The position numbers and the translations under genes were made by a program. This document shows positions 8,275-17,485 of a DNA stretch of 22,624 nucleotides, piece after piece. The notes beneath the pieces were generated by a model that was not told the DNA's origin, did not search any database, and saw only the letters and a program-made list of their open reading frames with translations. How positions within the stretch are numbered: the first letter of the stretch is position 1; each line of letters begins with the position of its first letter. This stretch comes from Myxococcota bacterium (GTDB taxonomy: Bacteria; Myxococcota_A; UBA9160; PR03), in assembly GCA_041611735.1 (NCBI GenBank), contig JBFIML010000054.1, forward strand, positions 1-22,624, written 5' to 3'.

Positions 8275-9038
8275 AGCGGGTGCGTCTGGGGGATCAGGCG
8301 CACGTCGGGCAGCCGCTCGGCGGCGCGTGCCTGGAGGGTCAGCAGGCGCTCGGCCCGCGGCCGCTCGCGCACCGGACCGAAGGGCGTCACCGGCTGAAGC
8401 ACCAGGGGCGTCTGCGGCGCCACGCGGGCGATGCGCGTGGCGGTCTCCAGCACCTCCTCGTCGCGGGTGCTGGCCGTCACGACGATCTTCACCACCACCT
8501 CGGGCGCGCGGCGCGCCACGCGCAGGAAGCGCTCGTGCTCCTCGTGGAACGGTACCAGCGGCGCGCCCACGGGGTCCCGGGCGCGGCGCACGTCGCTGGC
8601 GAGCTTCCAGTCCATGGAGACCACGTCCACCTGCTCCACCACCTGCTCGAGGGCGGAGGACGCCAGGCCGTGGGTCTCCAGCAGGATGCGGGGCCCCTCC
8701 GGCCGCAGGCGCGCTGCGAGCTCGGCCACCGCGGCGGGCTGGAGCAGCGGCTCGCCGCCGGTCAGGGCCACGAAGCGATGCGCCTTGGCCTCGAGGGCCC
8801 GGGCCGCCGCCACCAGCGCCTCCAGGGCCACCGGGTTCGCCACCCCGCGGCTGCGGCCCGTGCCGCGCTCGATCTCGAGCCGGCAGGTGGGCGCCGGCTG
8901 CCAGGTGTGGGGCGAGTCGCACCAGCGGCAGCGCAGGTCACAGCCGCCGAAGCGCATGAACAGGGTCGAGGTCCCGACGTGCGGGCCCTCGCCCTGCACG
9001 GACGAGAACACCTCGACCATCTGGGCCGCCCGCGCCAC
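8259..9038 (-). CDS. queE: 7-carboxy-7-deazaguanine synthase (radical SAM)
   Basis: EVFSSVQGEG, CDLRCRWCD (CxxxCxxC), TGGEPL, LETHG, LQPVT, RLIPQTH; start GTG 9038 or ATG 9020. Confidence 0.92.
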   Translation of the reverse strand: MARAAQMVEVFSSVQGEGPHVGTSTLFMRFGGCDLRCRWCDSPHTWQPAPTCRLEIERGTGRSRGVANPVALEALVAAARALEAKAHRFVALTGGEPLLQPAAVAELAARLRPEGPRILLETHGLASSALEQVVEQVDVVSMDWKLASDVRRARDPVGAPLVPFHEEHERFLRVARRAPEVVVKIVVTASTRDEEVLETATRIARVAPQTPLVLQPVTPFGPVRERPRAERLLTLQARAAERLPDVRLIPQTHPLYGAP

Positions 9039-9040
9039 GC

Positions 9041-11731
9041 CTATCCCTCGAGGATCGAGCGCCCCATGGCGATCTCGCCCACCACCTCGTCCAGGCGCTC
9101 CGGGTGCTGCTCCAGGCCCTCGAGACGGATGCGCGCCACGTGGTCCGTGTCCGGGAGCGCTTCCACCCAGGTGAACTTCGCCGCCAGGTGCTCCACCATG
9201 GCGCCGAGTTCGAGCGAGACCCCTCCCGAGGCCTCTTCGCCGCACAGGATCACGCGCTCGCTCCCCTCGGTCCAGGCCACGGCCAGCTCCGCTTCGTAGC
9301 GTTCGCGCGCGATGCGTGCCGCGAGCGGCGCGTGGAGCTCGGGGGGCACCGGGACGCGCACCAGCGAGTAGCCGCCGAAGTGCGCCAGCCGGAAGTCCCG
9401 GCTCGCCACCCAGGCGACCTCGGCGGGAGCCGGCGGCGGCGCGACGCGCGCCGCCTCGCGCGCCAGGTCCGAAGGCCGGCCCGCCAGCAGCGCATCGAGA
9501 CGGGCGCGCTGCTCGCCGGAACGGCGCGCGATCTCTCCGAGCCGATCCCACCACAGGCGTCCCCAGCGCTCGAAGTCGTGGCGCGTGAAGCGGCCTGCCA
9601 GCAGGTCCACCAGCTTGTCGGTGAAACGACTGCGCCGCGTGGTGTCCCGGAGCACCAGCGGGAGCGCGCTTCCGAGCCCGGGCTGCACGTGGACCGCCTC
9701 GGCCCCCACCGCCCGGCGCAGCGCCTCCAGGTCCTCGGGAGGCCAGTCGTGATGGTCGTACCAGATCAGGCGCTCGCCGTAGAGCGCCGCCGCCTGGATC
9801 ACGTCCCGGGCCGGCGAGGCGGTGAAACCGAGCACGGCGATCAGGGTCTCCTCGCGCAGGTCCGTGGCGACGCTCCGGAAGAAGGTCATCAGCTCGCTCT
9901 GGGGGTAGACCCAGATCCCCTCGATCAGGCGCAGGTCGCGTGCCAGCACGACCGCGGCGCCCAGGGAGTCGCGGTCGGCGTGCACCAGCAGGGCGGCCCG
10001 CCTGCGCACCCTGCGCGGCGGCTCGGGCGCCGCCACCGGCTCCGGCTCGGTCTTGGCGAGACGCGCGCGGCGCCGGGCCTCGCGCTCCTCGCGCATGCGC
10101 TCCTCCTCGCTCTCCGGCTCGATCTCCTCCTCGTCGTCGTAGACCGGCTGCGAGAGGTCCACCTCGGGCTCGGTGTCCGGCTCCGTGGCGGCGGCGAGGC
10201 CTTCCTCCAGGTCCTCGGCGTCGGCGGCGACCAGCGGGCCCCGGGGCTGCTCGTCCCGGTCGGAGGCAGGCTCGCCGTCGTCGGCCTCCTCCCGCTCCTC
10301 GCCTTCCCGCGAGCCCCTGCCCGGCTCGCTGCTCCCGGCACGGCGACCGCGTCCCCGGCCGCGGCGGCGCCGACGGCGGCGAGCCGCGGCCGGCTCCGCG
10401 TCGGAGCGTTCGTCGCCGGCGAGGTCGAAGATGGAGAGCTCCTCGAAGCGGCGCGGGCCCGCGGGCGCTTCGACCGCCTCCGCCTTCTCCGGCCCGGGGG
10501 GCGCGGGAAGTACCGGCGGCAGCGGGGCGGGCGGACGCTCGCGGCGGGGCTCCGGGGCGGGCCGCGCCGCGGGCAGGGGCCGAGCCTCCGGGGTGCGAAG
10601 GGCGATACGCAGCTCGCGGCCGGCGCGCTCCACGTCGTGCAGGACGCTCTCGACCCGCAGGCACCCGAGCACGCGGGCCACCGCCGGCTCGACCCGCTCG
10701 GCGGCCAGGAACAGGCGCGGCGGCGCCGGGACGCCCTCCACCAGATCGGGAAGCCGCCCGGCCAGGGCCGTCACGGCATCCAGGATGGCCCCGAGCTCGG
10801 CCAGGCCGAGCTCGCTGCGGGCGGCGCCCACCACCGGGCGGCGGGCGGGGTCCGCCGCCACGAAGTCGAGGGGGTCGGGATCGAGCCCGGCCGACGGCCA
10901 GCGCAGGACGCGGTCTGCCCCCGAGGCCGTGGCCAGGAGCGGCACGAGACGTGCGCGCACCGCGCCCTCCCCTTCTCGAACCTTTCGATCGTTCAAGTAC
11001 TTGCGCAGGGATCCCTCGAGTCGATCGAGAGCATCGGAGAGGGTCGCGGCGTCGAGCCGCAGGGAGGAGCGGCTGGGCAGCTCCACCTCGATGGAGAGCT
11101 GGGACGCGGCGGCGCGCAGGGTCGCCACGCGCCGCGCCAGCAGCACGAGCTCGAGGCCGCGCGCCCCGGTGCGGACCGAGCCCCCGTGCTTCGCCGCCAG
11201 CCCGGCCAGGCCCGCGGCGGCACGCAGGAAGAGCTCCCGGGCGGTCGCGGCGCGCAGCGCCGCCGCCGCCTGCTCCAGCGTGGCCGGGGCCGGGAGCTCG
11301 AGCTCCTCGGGCATGACCGCCCGGTCCGGACCCGTGGGCAGCGGCTCCTGCACGGCCACGACGCGGAACGAGGTTGCGCCGAGCAGGCCCAGGCGGCGTC
11401 GCGCCGCGGCGGGCCAGCGCGGAGAGCTCACCCACACGTCGCCGGCGAAGCCCTCCTGCTGGGCGAGCCGCGTGGCCAGGGCCAGCCCGGCCAGCCAGGC
11501 GTCACCCCCGTCATGGGGCGAGCTCGCCACCGCCAGGCGACGCCCGTCGCCGCCGGTTCCCAGACCGAGGGCGGCGAAGGCCGCGCTCACCCCGTCCTCA
11601 CTCGCCGGCTCCAGGGTCTCCGCCGGCACGAGCCCGGCCTCGCGAAGGCGCGCCAGCTCGCGCGTTGCATCCAGGGCTGCGCGCCCGTTTCCGTCGCCGC
11701 CGCGTCGCCGGCGGCCGAAGCGTCCTCGCAC
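9041..11731 (-). CDS. Large multidomain protein: nuclease-fold-like N-terminus, Arg/acidic disordered linker, C-terminal DHH/DHHA1-like domain
   Basis: Abuts neighbouring genes in operon; LLVHADRDS and WYDHH motifs; RRRRRRRGRGRGRR and Glu/Asp tracts; domain calls by eye. Confidence 0.72.
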   Translation of the reverse strand: MRGRFGRRRRGGDGNGRAALDATRELARLREAGLVPAETLEPASEDGVSAAFAALGLGTGGDGRRLAVASSPHDGGDAWLAGLALATRLAQQEGFAGDVWVSSPRWPAAARRRLGLLGATSFRVVAVQEPLPTGPDRAVMPEELELPAPATLEQAAAALRAATARELFLRAAAGLAGLAAKHGGSVRTGARGLELVLLARRVATLRAAASQLSIEVELPSRSSLRLDAATLSDALDRLEGSLRKYLNDRKVREGEGAVRARLVPLLATASGADRVLRWPSAGLDPDPLDFVAADPARRPVVGAARSELGLAELGAILDAVTALAGRLPDLVEGVPAPPRLFLAAERVEPAVARVLGCLRVESVLHDVERAGRELRIALRTPEARPLPAARPAPEPRRERPPAPLPPVLPAPPGPEKAEAVEAPAGPRRFEELSIFDLAGDERSDAEPAAARRRRRRRGRGRGRRAGSSEPGRGSREGEEREEADDGEPASDRDEQPRGPLVAADAEDLEEGLAAATEPDTEPEVDLSQPVYDDEEEIEPESEEERMREEREARRRARLAKTEPEPVAAPEPPRRVRRRAALLVHADRDSLGAAVVLARDLRLIEGIWVYPQSELMTFFRSVATDLREETLIAVLGFTASPARDVIQAAALYGERLIWYDHHDWPPEDLEALRRAVGAEAVHVQPGLGSALPLVLRDTTRRSRFTDKLVDLLAGRFTRHDFERWGRLWWDRLGEIARRSGEQRARLDALLAGRPSDLAREAARVAPPPAPAEVAWVASRDFRLAHFGGYSLVRVPVPPELHAPLAARIARERYEAELAVAWTEGSERVILCGEEASGGVSLELGAMVEHLAAKFTWVEALPDTDHVARIRLEGLEQHPERLDEVVGEIAMGRSILEG

Positions 11732-12082
11732 CTACTCCTCCTCCGTCGACGGGGGCGCCAGCACCAGCAGCTCCGCCTCGACGAGCGCGACGGTGGCGTC
11801 GCGCAGCATGCGTTGCAGCTCGGCCAGGAGCCGGTCGCTTCCGACCACCCGGGCCACCTGCTCCTTGGGCGTGGCGTCGTCCAGCAGAATCCCGCCGAGC
11901 AGCTTGCGATCCGCCTCGGCGTGCTTCACCAGCGCGTTCCAGCGCGCCAGGGAGACCTGCATGCGCAGGTCTCGGGCTTCGGCCAGCTCCTCCGGGAGCT
12001 GGTCGCGGAGCAGCGTCAGCAGGACCGCATCGCGGCCTCGGCCGAGCTGCAGCCGCCAGTAGCGGCCCTGGGCGAGCACCAT
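11732..12082 (-). CDS. Hypothetical protein (116 aa)
   Basis: GAGG SD, protein-like composition, stop directly adjacent to next GTG start. Confidence 0.8.
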   Translation of the reverse strand: MVLAQGRYWRLQLGRGRDAVLLTLLRDQLPEELAEARDLRMQVSLARWNALVKHAEADRKLLGGILLDDATPKEQVARVVGSDRLLAELQRMLRDATVALVEAELLVLAPPSTEEE

Positions 12083-12094
12083 GCTGTGGTTTCC

Positions 12095-13261
12095 TCACGG
12101 CTTCACCAGGAGCGAGGCCTTCTCCTCCTCCCGGAGGGCGTCGAGCACCGGACGCAAGGCACGTTCGAGGAGCGCCCGGGCCACCGGGTTCTGTCGTGCA
12201 GGGAGCTCGCGGAAGGACCGGGCTGCCGCCAGACACACCCGCGCCACCTCCTCCTCCCCACGCCGCCACCGAACGTAGCCGGTTTCCTCCCAGCGCGTGG
12301 CGGCGCGCTCGCCCGCCTCGCCGCCGAAGCGCTCCTCGAGCAGTTCTCCGAGCAGCGCGTCGATGCGCTCCCGGCGCTGGGTGTCGGTCACCACGATCTC
12401 GCTGCGTGCGGCCCCGTGCAGGCGCTCGGCGAAGGCGCGCAGGCGCTCTCCCGCCGGGGGCCACGGTCCCACCTCGCCCTGCTCCACCAGCTCCACCGCC
12501 TGCCGCAGCCGCCCCGGCTCGGCCTCGGTGGGAAGCGCCTCGCGCACCCGCTCACCGGGGGTCTGGGTGCCCGGCGGCGCCTGGGCGACGCGCCCCCGCC
12601 ACTCGACGAAGGCGCGCGGCAGGACCCGATCCGGCGGCTGCAGCGCGGCCACCCGGGCGAGGCGCGCCCGCACCGCCTCCACCGGGGCCGCCACCACGCC
12701 GAAGCGTCCGCGTGCCTCGAGCTCGCGCAGCACACGCCGCGCTTCGGAGCGGTTGGCGGAGAAGGCCTGGAACTCGAGCACGCCCCGCTCGTCGTCCAGC
12801 ACGCCCTCGAACACCCTCGCCCCGCCGGCAGGATTCGCCTCCACGAGGACCACGAGCTGGGCGCCGCTGCCGTCGGTGGGCGAGAGGCGCGCACCCTCCA
12901 GGGCGTCCTCCATGTGGGGCAGGGTCGCCACCACCGGGGCCGCGGCGGAACGCTCCAGGACGAGACCGCGGGAGCGCAGCCGATGCAGGATGCGCCGCCA
13001 GGCCTTGCGCCCCTCCTTGCCGAGGCGGGCCTCGTCCAGTTGGCGCAGGGGCACGTGGCCCCCGGGCAGGTCCGCCCAGGCGGCGGCGAGCTCCTCACCG
13101 GCGTCCGGCTCCTCGCCGAGCAGCCAGCCGAGTACCCGAGCGGCCGCGGACGGGTCGAGGGCCTCGAGCAGGCGCGCCGGGTCTCCGTTGGCCGGCCGGA
13201 TGGCGTCGCCCGCGTCCGGCAGCGCCGAGGCGGCGCGTTCCAGGGCGTCCGCCAGGCTCAC
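12095..13261 (-). CDS. Hypothetical protein (388 aa), helical N-terminus
   Basis: GTGA overlap with cutA stop; KEGRKAWRRILHRLRSRG helix, DGSGAQLV; ends LLVKP. Confidence 0.8.
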   Translation of the reverse strand: MSLADALERAASALPDAGDAIRPANGDPARLLEALDPSAAARVLGWLLGEEPDAGEELAAAWADLPGGHVPLRQLDEARLGKEGRKAWRRILHRLRSRGLVLERSAAAPVVATLPHMEDALEGARLSPTDGSGAQLVVLVEANPAGGARVFEGVLDDERGVLEFQAFSANRSEARRVLRELEARGRFGVVAAPVEAVRARLARVAALQPPDRVLPRAFVEWRGRVAQAPPGTQTPGERVREALPTEAEPGRLRQAVELVEQGEVGPWPPAGERLRAFAERLHGAARSEIVVTDTQRRERIDALLGELLEERFGGEAGERAATRWEETGYVRWRRGEEEVARVCLAAARSFRELPARQNPVARALLERALRPVLDALREEEKASLLVKP

Positions 13262-13590
13262 GGCGTCGTCTCCTGGTGCACCCAGTCGAGGTACGGCTGC
13301 AGGCCATCCGCCACCGGCACGGCCACCAGCTCCGGGAGCTCGTAGGGATGCACGGCGCGCAGCCGCTCGGCGAGGGCCGCCACGCGGTCCGCCCGCGTCT
13401 TCACCACCAGCAGCACCTCGGCGTCCTCCTGGAGCTGGCCCTGCCAGCGGTACACGGAGCGCACGCCCGGCACCAGGTTCACGCACGCCGCCAGGTGCTC
13501 CTCCACCAGAGTCCGCGCGATGCGCGCGGCCACCTCCGCATCCGGAGCCGTGATCAGCGCCACGCGCAGGCCGGGCTCAGACGGGGGCAT
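13258..13590 (-). CDS. cutA: Divalent-cation tolerance protein CutA
   Basis: LVEEHLAACVN, SVYRWQG, E-x-LLVVKT, HPYELPE, YLDWV. Confidence 0.95.
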   Translation of the reverse strand: MPPSEPGLRVALITAPDAEVAARIARTLVEEHLAACVNLVPGVRSVYRWQGQLQEDAEVLLVVKTRADRVAALAERLRAVHPYELPELVAVPVADGLQPYLDWVHQETTP

Positions 13591-14734
13591 GGGGGTCCAG
13601 CAGCTTGCGGTGCTCCGCCATGGCGAAGCGGTCGGTCATGCCGGCCACGTAGTCGGCGATGGCGCGCGACTCGCCGTCCACGGCGAAGCGCGCCACCACG
13701 TGGCGCGGAAGCTGGGTGGGCTCGCCCCGGTAGAGCCGGTAGAGGTCGGCCAGGATGCGCTCGGCCTTGCGGCTCATGCGCAGCACCCGGGGGTGGTTGT
13801 AGAGATGCTCGGCCAGGAACTCCTTCAAGGCGTGCACGCGCGGGGCGAGCGCCTCCGAGAAGGACACCAGGGGCTCGGGGTGCGAGCGCACCGCATCGAC
13901 GCTCTGCACGCGCGCTTCGGTCACGCGGCCGGCGGTGGTCTCCGCCAGGTCGGTCACCAGCCGGTTGATGAGGGCCACGATGGTCTGCGCCCGCAGCACG
14001 CGCTCGCTCGCGCCCGGCATGCGCTTCTCCACGCCGGCGCGCGTCTCGCTCCAGAGCTCGGCCTCGTCCAGCAGCTCGAGGGTGAGCAGTCGCGAGCGCA
14101 GGCCGTCGTCTAGATCGTGGTTCGTGTAGGCGATCTCGTCGGACTGGTCCGCCACCTGCGCCTCCAGCGAGGGCTGGGCGGTCGGGGGCGGCACCGGCAG
14201 CGGGTGCTCCCAGGTGCAGCCGTGCTTCAGGATGCCCTCGCGGGTCTCGTCGGTCAGGTTGAGGCCCCGGAAGCCCGGGTAGCGCTCCTCCAGCAGGTCC
14301 ACCACGCGCAGGCTCTGGCGATTGTGGTCGAAGCCGCCGTCGGCGGCGAGCAGTGCATCGAGGGCGCGCTCGCCGGCATGGCCGAAGGGCGTGTGGCCCA
14401 GGTCGTGGGCTAGCACCACCGCCTCGGCCAGGTCCTCGTTCAGGCGCAGTGCCCGGGCGACGGTGCGGGCGATCTGGGCGCCCTCCAGGGTGTGGGTGAG
14501 CCGGTTCCGGTAGTGATCGCCCTCGTGGTAGACGAAGACCTGGGTCTTGTACTCCAGGCGCCGGAAGGCGCGCGAGTGGACGATGCGGTCGCGGTCGCGC
14601 TGGTACGCGGTGCGGTAGGGGTGGGCCGGCTCCTCCACCACGCGGCCGCGCGAGGCGCCGCTCCTCACCGCCCAGGGCGCCAAGCGCTCCGCCTCCTCCT
14701 TCTCGTACGCCTCGCGCGTGCGCAGCGCGCTCAT
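13577..14734 (-). CDS. dgt: Deoxyguanosinetriphosphate triphosphohydrolase (short HD type)
   Basis: QRDRDRIVHSRAFRRLEYKTQVF, RNRLTHTLE, HDLGHTPFGHAGE, DEIAYTNHDLDDG, DYVAGMTDRFA; ATGA overlap with upstream gene. Confidence 0.95.
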   Translation of the reverse strand: MSALRTREAYEKEEAERLAPWAVRSGASRGRVVEEPAHPYRTAYQRDRDRIVHSRAFRRLEYKTQVFVYHEGDHYRNRLTHTLEGAQIARTVARALRLNEDLAEAVVLAHDLGHTPFGHAGERALDALLAADGGFDHNRQSLRVVDLLEERYPGFRGLNLTDETREGILKHGCTWEHPLPVPPPTAQPSLEAQVADQSDEIAYTNHDLDDGLRSRLLTLELLDEAELWSETRAGVEKRMPGASERVLRAQTIVALINRLVTDLAETTAGRVTEARVQSVDAVRSHPEPLVSFSEALAPRVHALKEFLAEHLYNHPRVLRMSRKAERILADLYRLYRGEPTQLPRHVVARFAVDGESRAIADYVAGMTDRFAMAEHRKLLDPHAPV

Positions 14735-14892
14735 GGCGCGTCCTCCGTCGCTTCCCGCAGCAGGCGCTCCAGGCGCGCACGGGACGCGGCGTCGATCTCC
14801 TCCTCGGGCGGCGCGGGGCCGCGGGTCGCCAGGACGTAGAGCGCCGCGACCACGATCCCGAGACCGAGCGATAGCACGAGCCAGCGCCTCAC
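14731..14892 (-). CDS. Small single-pass membrane protein (53 aa)
   Basis: RRWLVLSLGLGIVVAALYVL TM helix followed by EEIDAASRARLERLLRE; purine-rich SD; stop overlaps dgt ATG. Confidence 0.72.
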   Translation of the reverse strand: MRRWLVLSLGLGIVVAALYVLATRGPAPPEEEIDAASRARLERLLREATEDAP

Positions 14893-15053
14893 GGCTCTCC
14901 GTTCTGCCTCCTCCGCGTGGCGCGGCAGGCGGGGAGGGGATTCTGGCGGATGGGCAGGGGACGGGGCTCCCCGGGGGAGCGGATGCAGAGTACGGAGCGC
15001 CCATCGGCGTGTCAACGGCGCGCCGCCGGCGCGAGCCGTTACCCTCCCGAAGC

Positions 15054-16166
15054 GTGTCGCCCGCCGCCCTTCCCCGCCGCCTGCTGCTCGGGCCCGGCCC
15101 CAGCAACGTGCCGGCGCGCGTCCTCCAGGCCCAGGCGACTCCGCTCCTGGGACATCTGGATCCCGCCTTCCTGGCCGTCCTCGACGAGGTGCAGGAGCGC
15201 CTGCGTCGCCTGTTCGGCACGGCCAACCGCCTGACCCTGCCCCTCTCCGCCACCGGGAGCGGCGGCATGCAGGCCTGCTTCAGCAATCTGCTGGAGTGCG
15301 GCGACGACGCGGTGATCGGCGTGGCGGGTGTGTTCGGTGAGCGCATGGCGGACGTGGCGAGCCGCCTCGGGGCCCGGGTGACCCGCGTCGAGACCGAGCC
15401 GGGCACGATCCTCGACCCGGACGCCATGGCGGACGCCATCCGTCGCGAGCGCCCGGCCGTGGTCGGCTTCGTGCACGCGGAGACCTCGACGGGCGTCCAT
15501 CAGCCCGTGGAGGCCATCGCCGGGGCGGCGCGCGAGGCCGGAGCGCTGGTGGTGCTGGACTGCGTCACCTCGCTGGCGGGGCTCGCGGTCGAGCTCGACG
15601 CGTGGGGCATCGACGCGGCCTACAGCGGCACCCAGAAGTGCCTGTCCTGCCCGCCCGGCCTCTCGCCGGCGAGCTTCTCCGCGCGCGCCCTCGCGCGCGT
15701 GCGCAGCCGGCGCGCGCCGGTCCCGAGCTGGTACTTCGACCTCACGCTGCTGGCGGGCTACTACGGTGCGGAGCGCGTCTACCACCACACGGCCCCGGTC
15801 TCGGCGATCCTGGGCCTGGCCGAGGCGCTGCGCATGGTGGAGGAGGAAGGGCTCGAGGCGCGCTTCGCGCGCCACCGCCGCGCCGCCCAGCTCCTGGTGG
15901 AAGGGCTGGCGCCGCTCGGCTTCGAGCCGCTGGTGGCCGCAGCCCAGCGGCTGCCGATGCTCACGGCGGTGCGCCTTCCCGAGCGGGTGGCCCGGGCCGG
16001 CGAGGCGGCGCTGCGCCGGCGGCTGCTGGACGGCCACGGCATCGAAGTGGGCGGCGGCCTCGGCAAGCTGGCGGGGCGCATCTGGCGCATCGGACTGATG
16101 GGCGAGAACGCCCGCCCGGAGGCGGTCGAGCGGCTGCTGGCGGCGCTGCGCAGCGAGCGGGTCTGA
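15054..16166 (+). CDS. Alanine-glyoxylate/serine-pyruvate aminotransferase (class V PLP)
   Basis: LLLGPGPS, HAETSTG, LDCVTSL, SGTQKCL (PLP Lys), YHHTAP, WRIGLMG. Confidence 0.93.
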   Translation: MSPAALPRRLLLGPGPSNVPARVLQAQATPLLGHLDPAFLAVLDEVQERLRRLFGTANRLTLPLSATGSGGMQACFSNLLECGDDAVIGVAGVFGERMADVASRLGARVTRVETEPGTILDPDAMADAIRRERPAVVGFVHAETSTGVHQPVEAIAGAAREAGALVVLDCVTSLAGLAVELDAWGIDAAYSGTQKCLSCPPGLSPASFSARALARVRSRRAPVPSWYFDLTLLAGYYGAERVYHHTAPVSAILGLAEALRMVEEEGLEARFARHRRAAQLLVEGLAPLGFEPLVAAAQRLPMLTAVRLPERVARAGEAALRRRLLDGHGIEVGGGLGKLAGRIWRIGLMGENARPEAVERLLAALRSERV

Positions 16167-16172
16167 TCTGCG

Positions 16173-16595
16173 TCAGGCGGGATCCACCGCCTTGCGCACG
16201 GCCTCGCTCAGGTCCCCGAGCTGGCCCGCCAGCAGGACCAGCAGGTCGTCCAGGGAGACGAGCCCACGCAGGCGCCCCTCCGCGTCCACGATGGGGACGC
16301 GACGCACCGCGCCGTCGCGCATGGCTGCGATCACCTGGTCGAGTCCGCGGGCGCCGGAGACGAAGATCGGGTCCCCGGACATGATCTCGCTCAGGCGCAC
16401 GCGCTGCGGATCCCTGCCCGCGGCCACCACGCGCACGACCAGGTCGCGGTCCGTGACCACGCCGAGCGGCCGCCCGTCCTCCTCGACCACCACGGCGCCG
16501 ATGTTCTCGTCCCGCATCAGCAGGGCCGCCTCCTTGCAGCTGGCGTTCGGACCCAGCGTCTTCACGGGTCGGCGGATCAGGTGCTCGATGGCCAA
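16173..16595 (-). CDS. CBS-pair domain protein
   Basis: GGAGGA SD then TTG 16595; MRDENIGAVVV, GVVTDRDL, VRRVPIVD, GLVSLDDLL. Confidence 0.92.
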   Translation of the reverse strand: MAIEHLIRRPVKTLGPNASCKEAALLMRDENIGAVVVEEDGRPLGVVTDRDLVVRVVAAGRDPQRVRLSEIMSGDPIFVSGARGLDQVIAAMRDGAVRRVPIVDAEGRLRGLVSLDDLLVLLAGQLGDLSEAVRKAVDPA

Positions 16596-17485
16596 GGGCT
16601 TCCTCCGTCCTGGGCGATGCGGGCCAGCGGCTCGCTCCGCACGCGTTCGAGATGTTGCAGGATGGCCCGGGTCCAGGCCTCCGGATTCTCGAGCTGGGGC
16701 TGATGCGCGGCGTCCGGCACGTCCACGCGCCGTGCCCCGGGGATGCCCGCCTCGAGCTCGTCCGCGGGGCGCCGGAATCCCGCGTCCTCGGCTCCCACCA
16801 GGACCAGGGTAGGACACCGCAGCTCCGGGAGCCGGGGGAGGAGCGGCGCCTGCTCCAGGATGGCCTGCCCCAGGGCCGCGTAGGCCAGGGGATCCATGGC
16901 CACGAGATTCGTGCGGCGCCAGCGCCAGTAGCCGTCGCCCCACTCACGCTCCAGGCGCCGGTCGGGGGCCGAGCGGTCGGGATCCGCCACGAGGAAGGCC
17001 CGGAACGCTTGGAAGAGCGCCTCCATGCCCGCCTCGCGAGCGAGCGCCCAGGCGCGCCCCAGGGCCTCCCGCGGGATTCCGTCCGGAACGCGCGCGGCGG
17101 TGTCCATGAGCACCAGGCTCGCGAAGCGGTCCGGCTGCGCCAGCGCAGCGCGCAGCGCCACCATCCCGCCCATGGAGTGCCCGAGCAGATCGCAGGCCGG
17201 CAGGTCCAGGGCCTCCAGGAAGCCGAGCAGGTCCTGCGCCAGGGCTTCCAGGGAGTAGCCGGACGCGTCCCGGCCGCGGCCCGACGCGCCATGGCCGCGC
17301 AGGTCGGGGACGAGCACGCGCCCGCAGGCCGCGAGCTCCCGCACGCGCCCCGCGAAGTCCAGGCGCGAGCCCGTGTAGCCGTGCACCAGGACCAGCGGGC
17401 GGGGGCCGCGGCCGGCCTGCTGGTAGGCCAGCTCGCAGTCCGCGAGCGCCACGCGCGCGACGGCGGGCGTGGCGGCGCCCCTCAA
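16577..17485 (-). CDS. Alpha/beta hydrolase
   Basis: LVLVHGY, PDLRGHG, GHSMGG nucleophile elbow, VGAED, AAHQP; TTG start overlapping miaE stop inferred (alternative GTG 17452). Confidence 0.9.
   Translation of the reverse strand: MRGAATPAVARVALADCELAYQQAGRGPRPLVLVHGYTGSRLDFAGRVRELAACGRVLVPDLRGHGASGRGRDASGYSLEALAQDLLGFLEALDLPACDLLGHSMGGMVALRAALAQPDRFASLVLMDTAARVPDGIPREALGRAWALAREAGMEALFQAFRAFLVADPDRSAPDRRLEREWGDGYWRWRRTNLVAMDPLAYAALGQAILEQAPLLPRLPELRCPTLVLVGAEDAGFRRPADELEAGIPGARRVDVPDAAHQPQLENPEAWTRAILQHLERVRSEPLARIAQDGGSPWPSST

Noticed and set aside
9104-13345. 1413-aa plus-strand ORF and other long alternative-frame ORFs (e.g. 11374-13968, 5746-7695, the upstream part of 8259-11435)
   Set aside because: Shadow ORFs antisense or frame-shifted to recognisable genes; stop codons are rare at this GC content and the translations show no motifs
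8259-14734. Dpd-like 7-deazaguanine DNA modification or defence island (queE + dGTPase)
   Set aside because: No dpdA, tgt, queC or queD; composition and neighbours (cutA, gmhB, prmA) look like core genome; dgt is the ordinary short type
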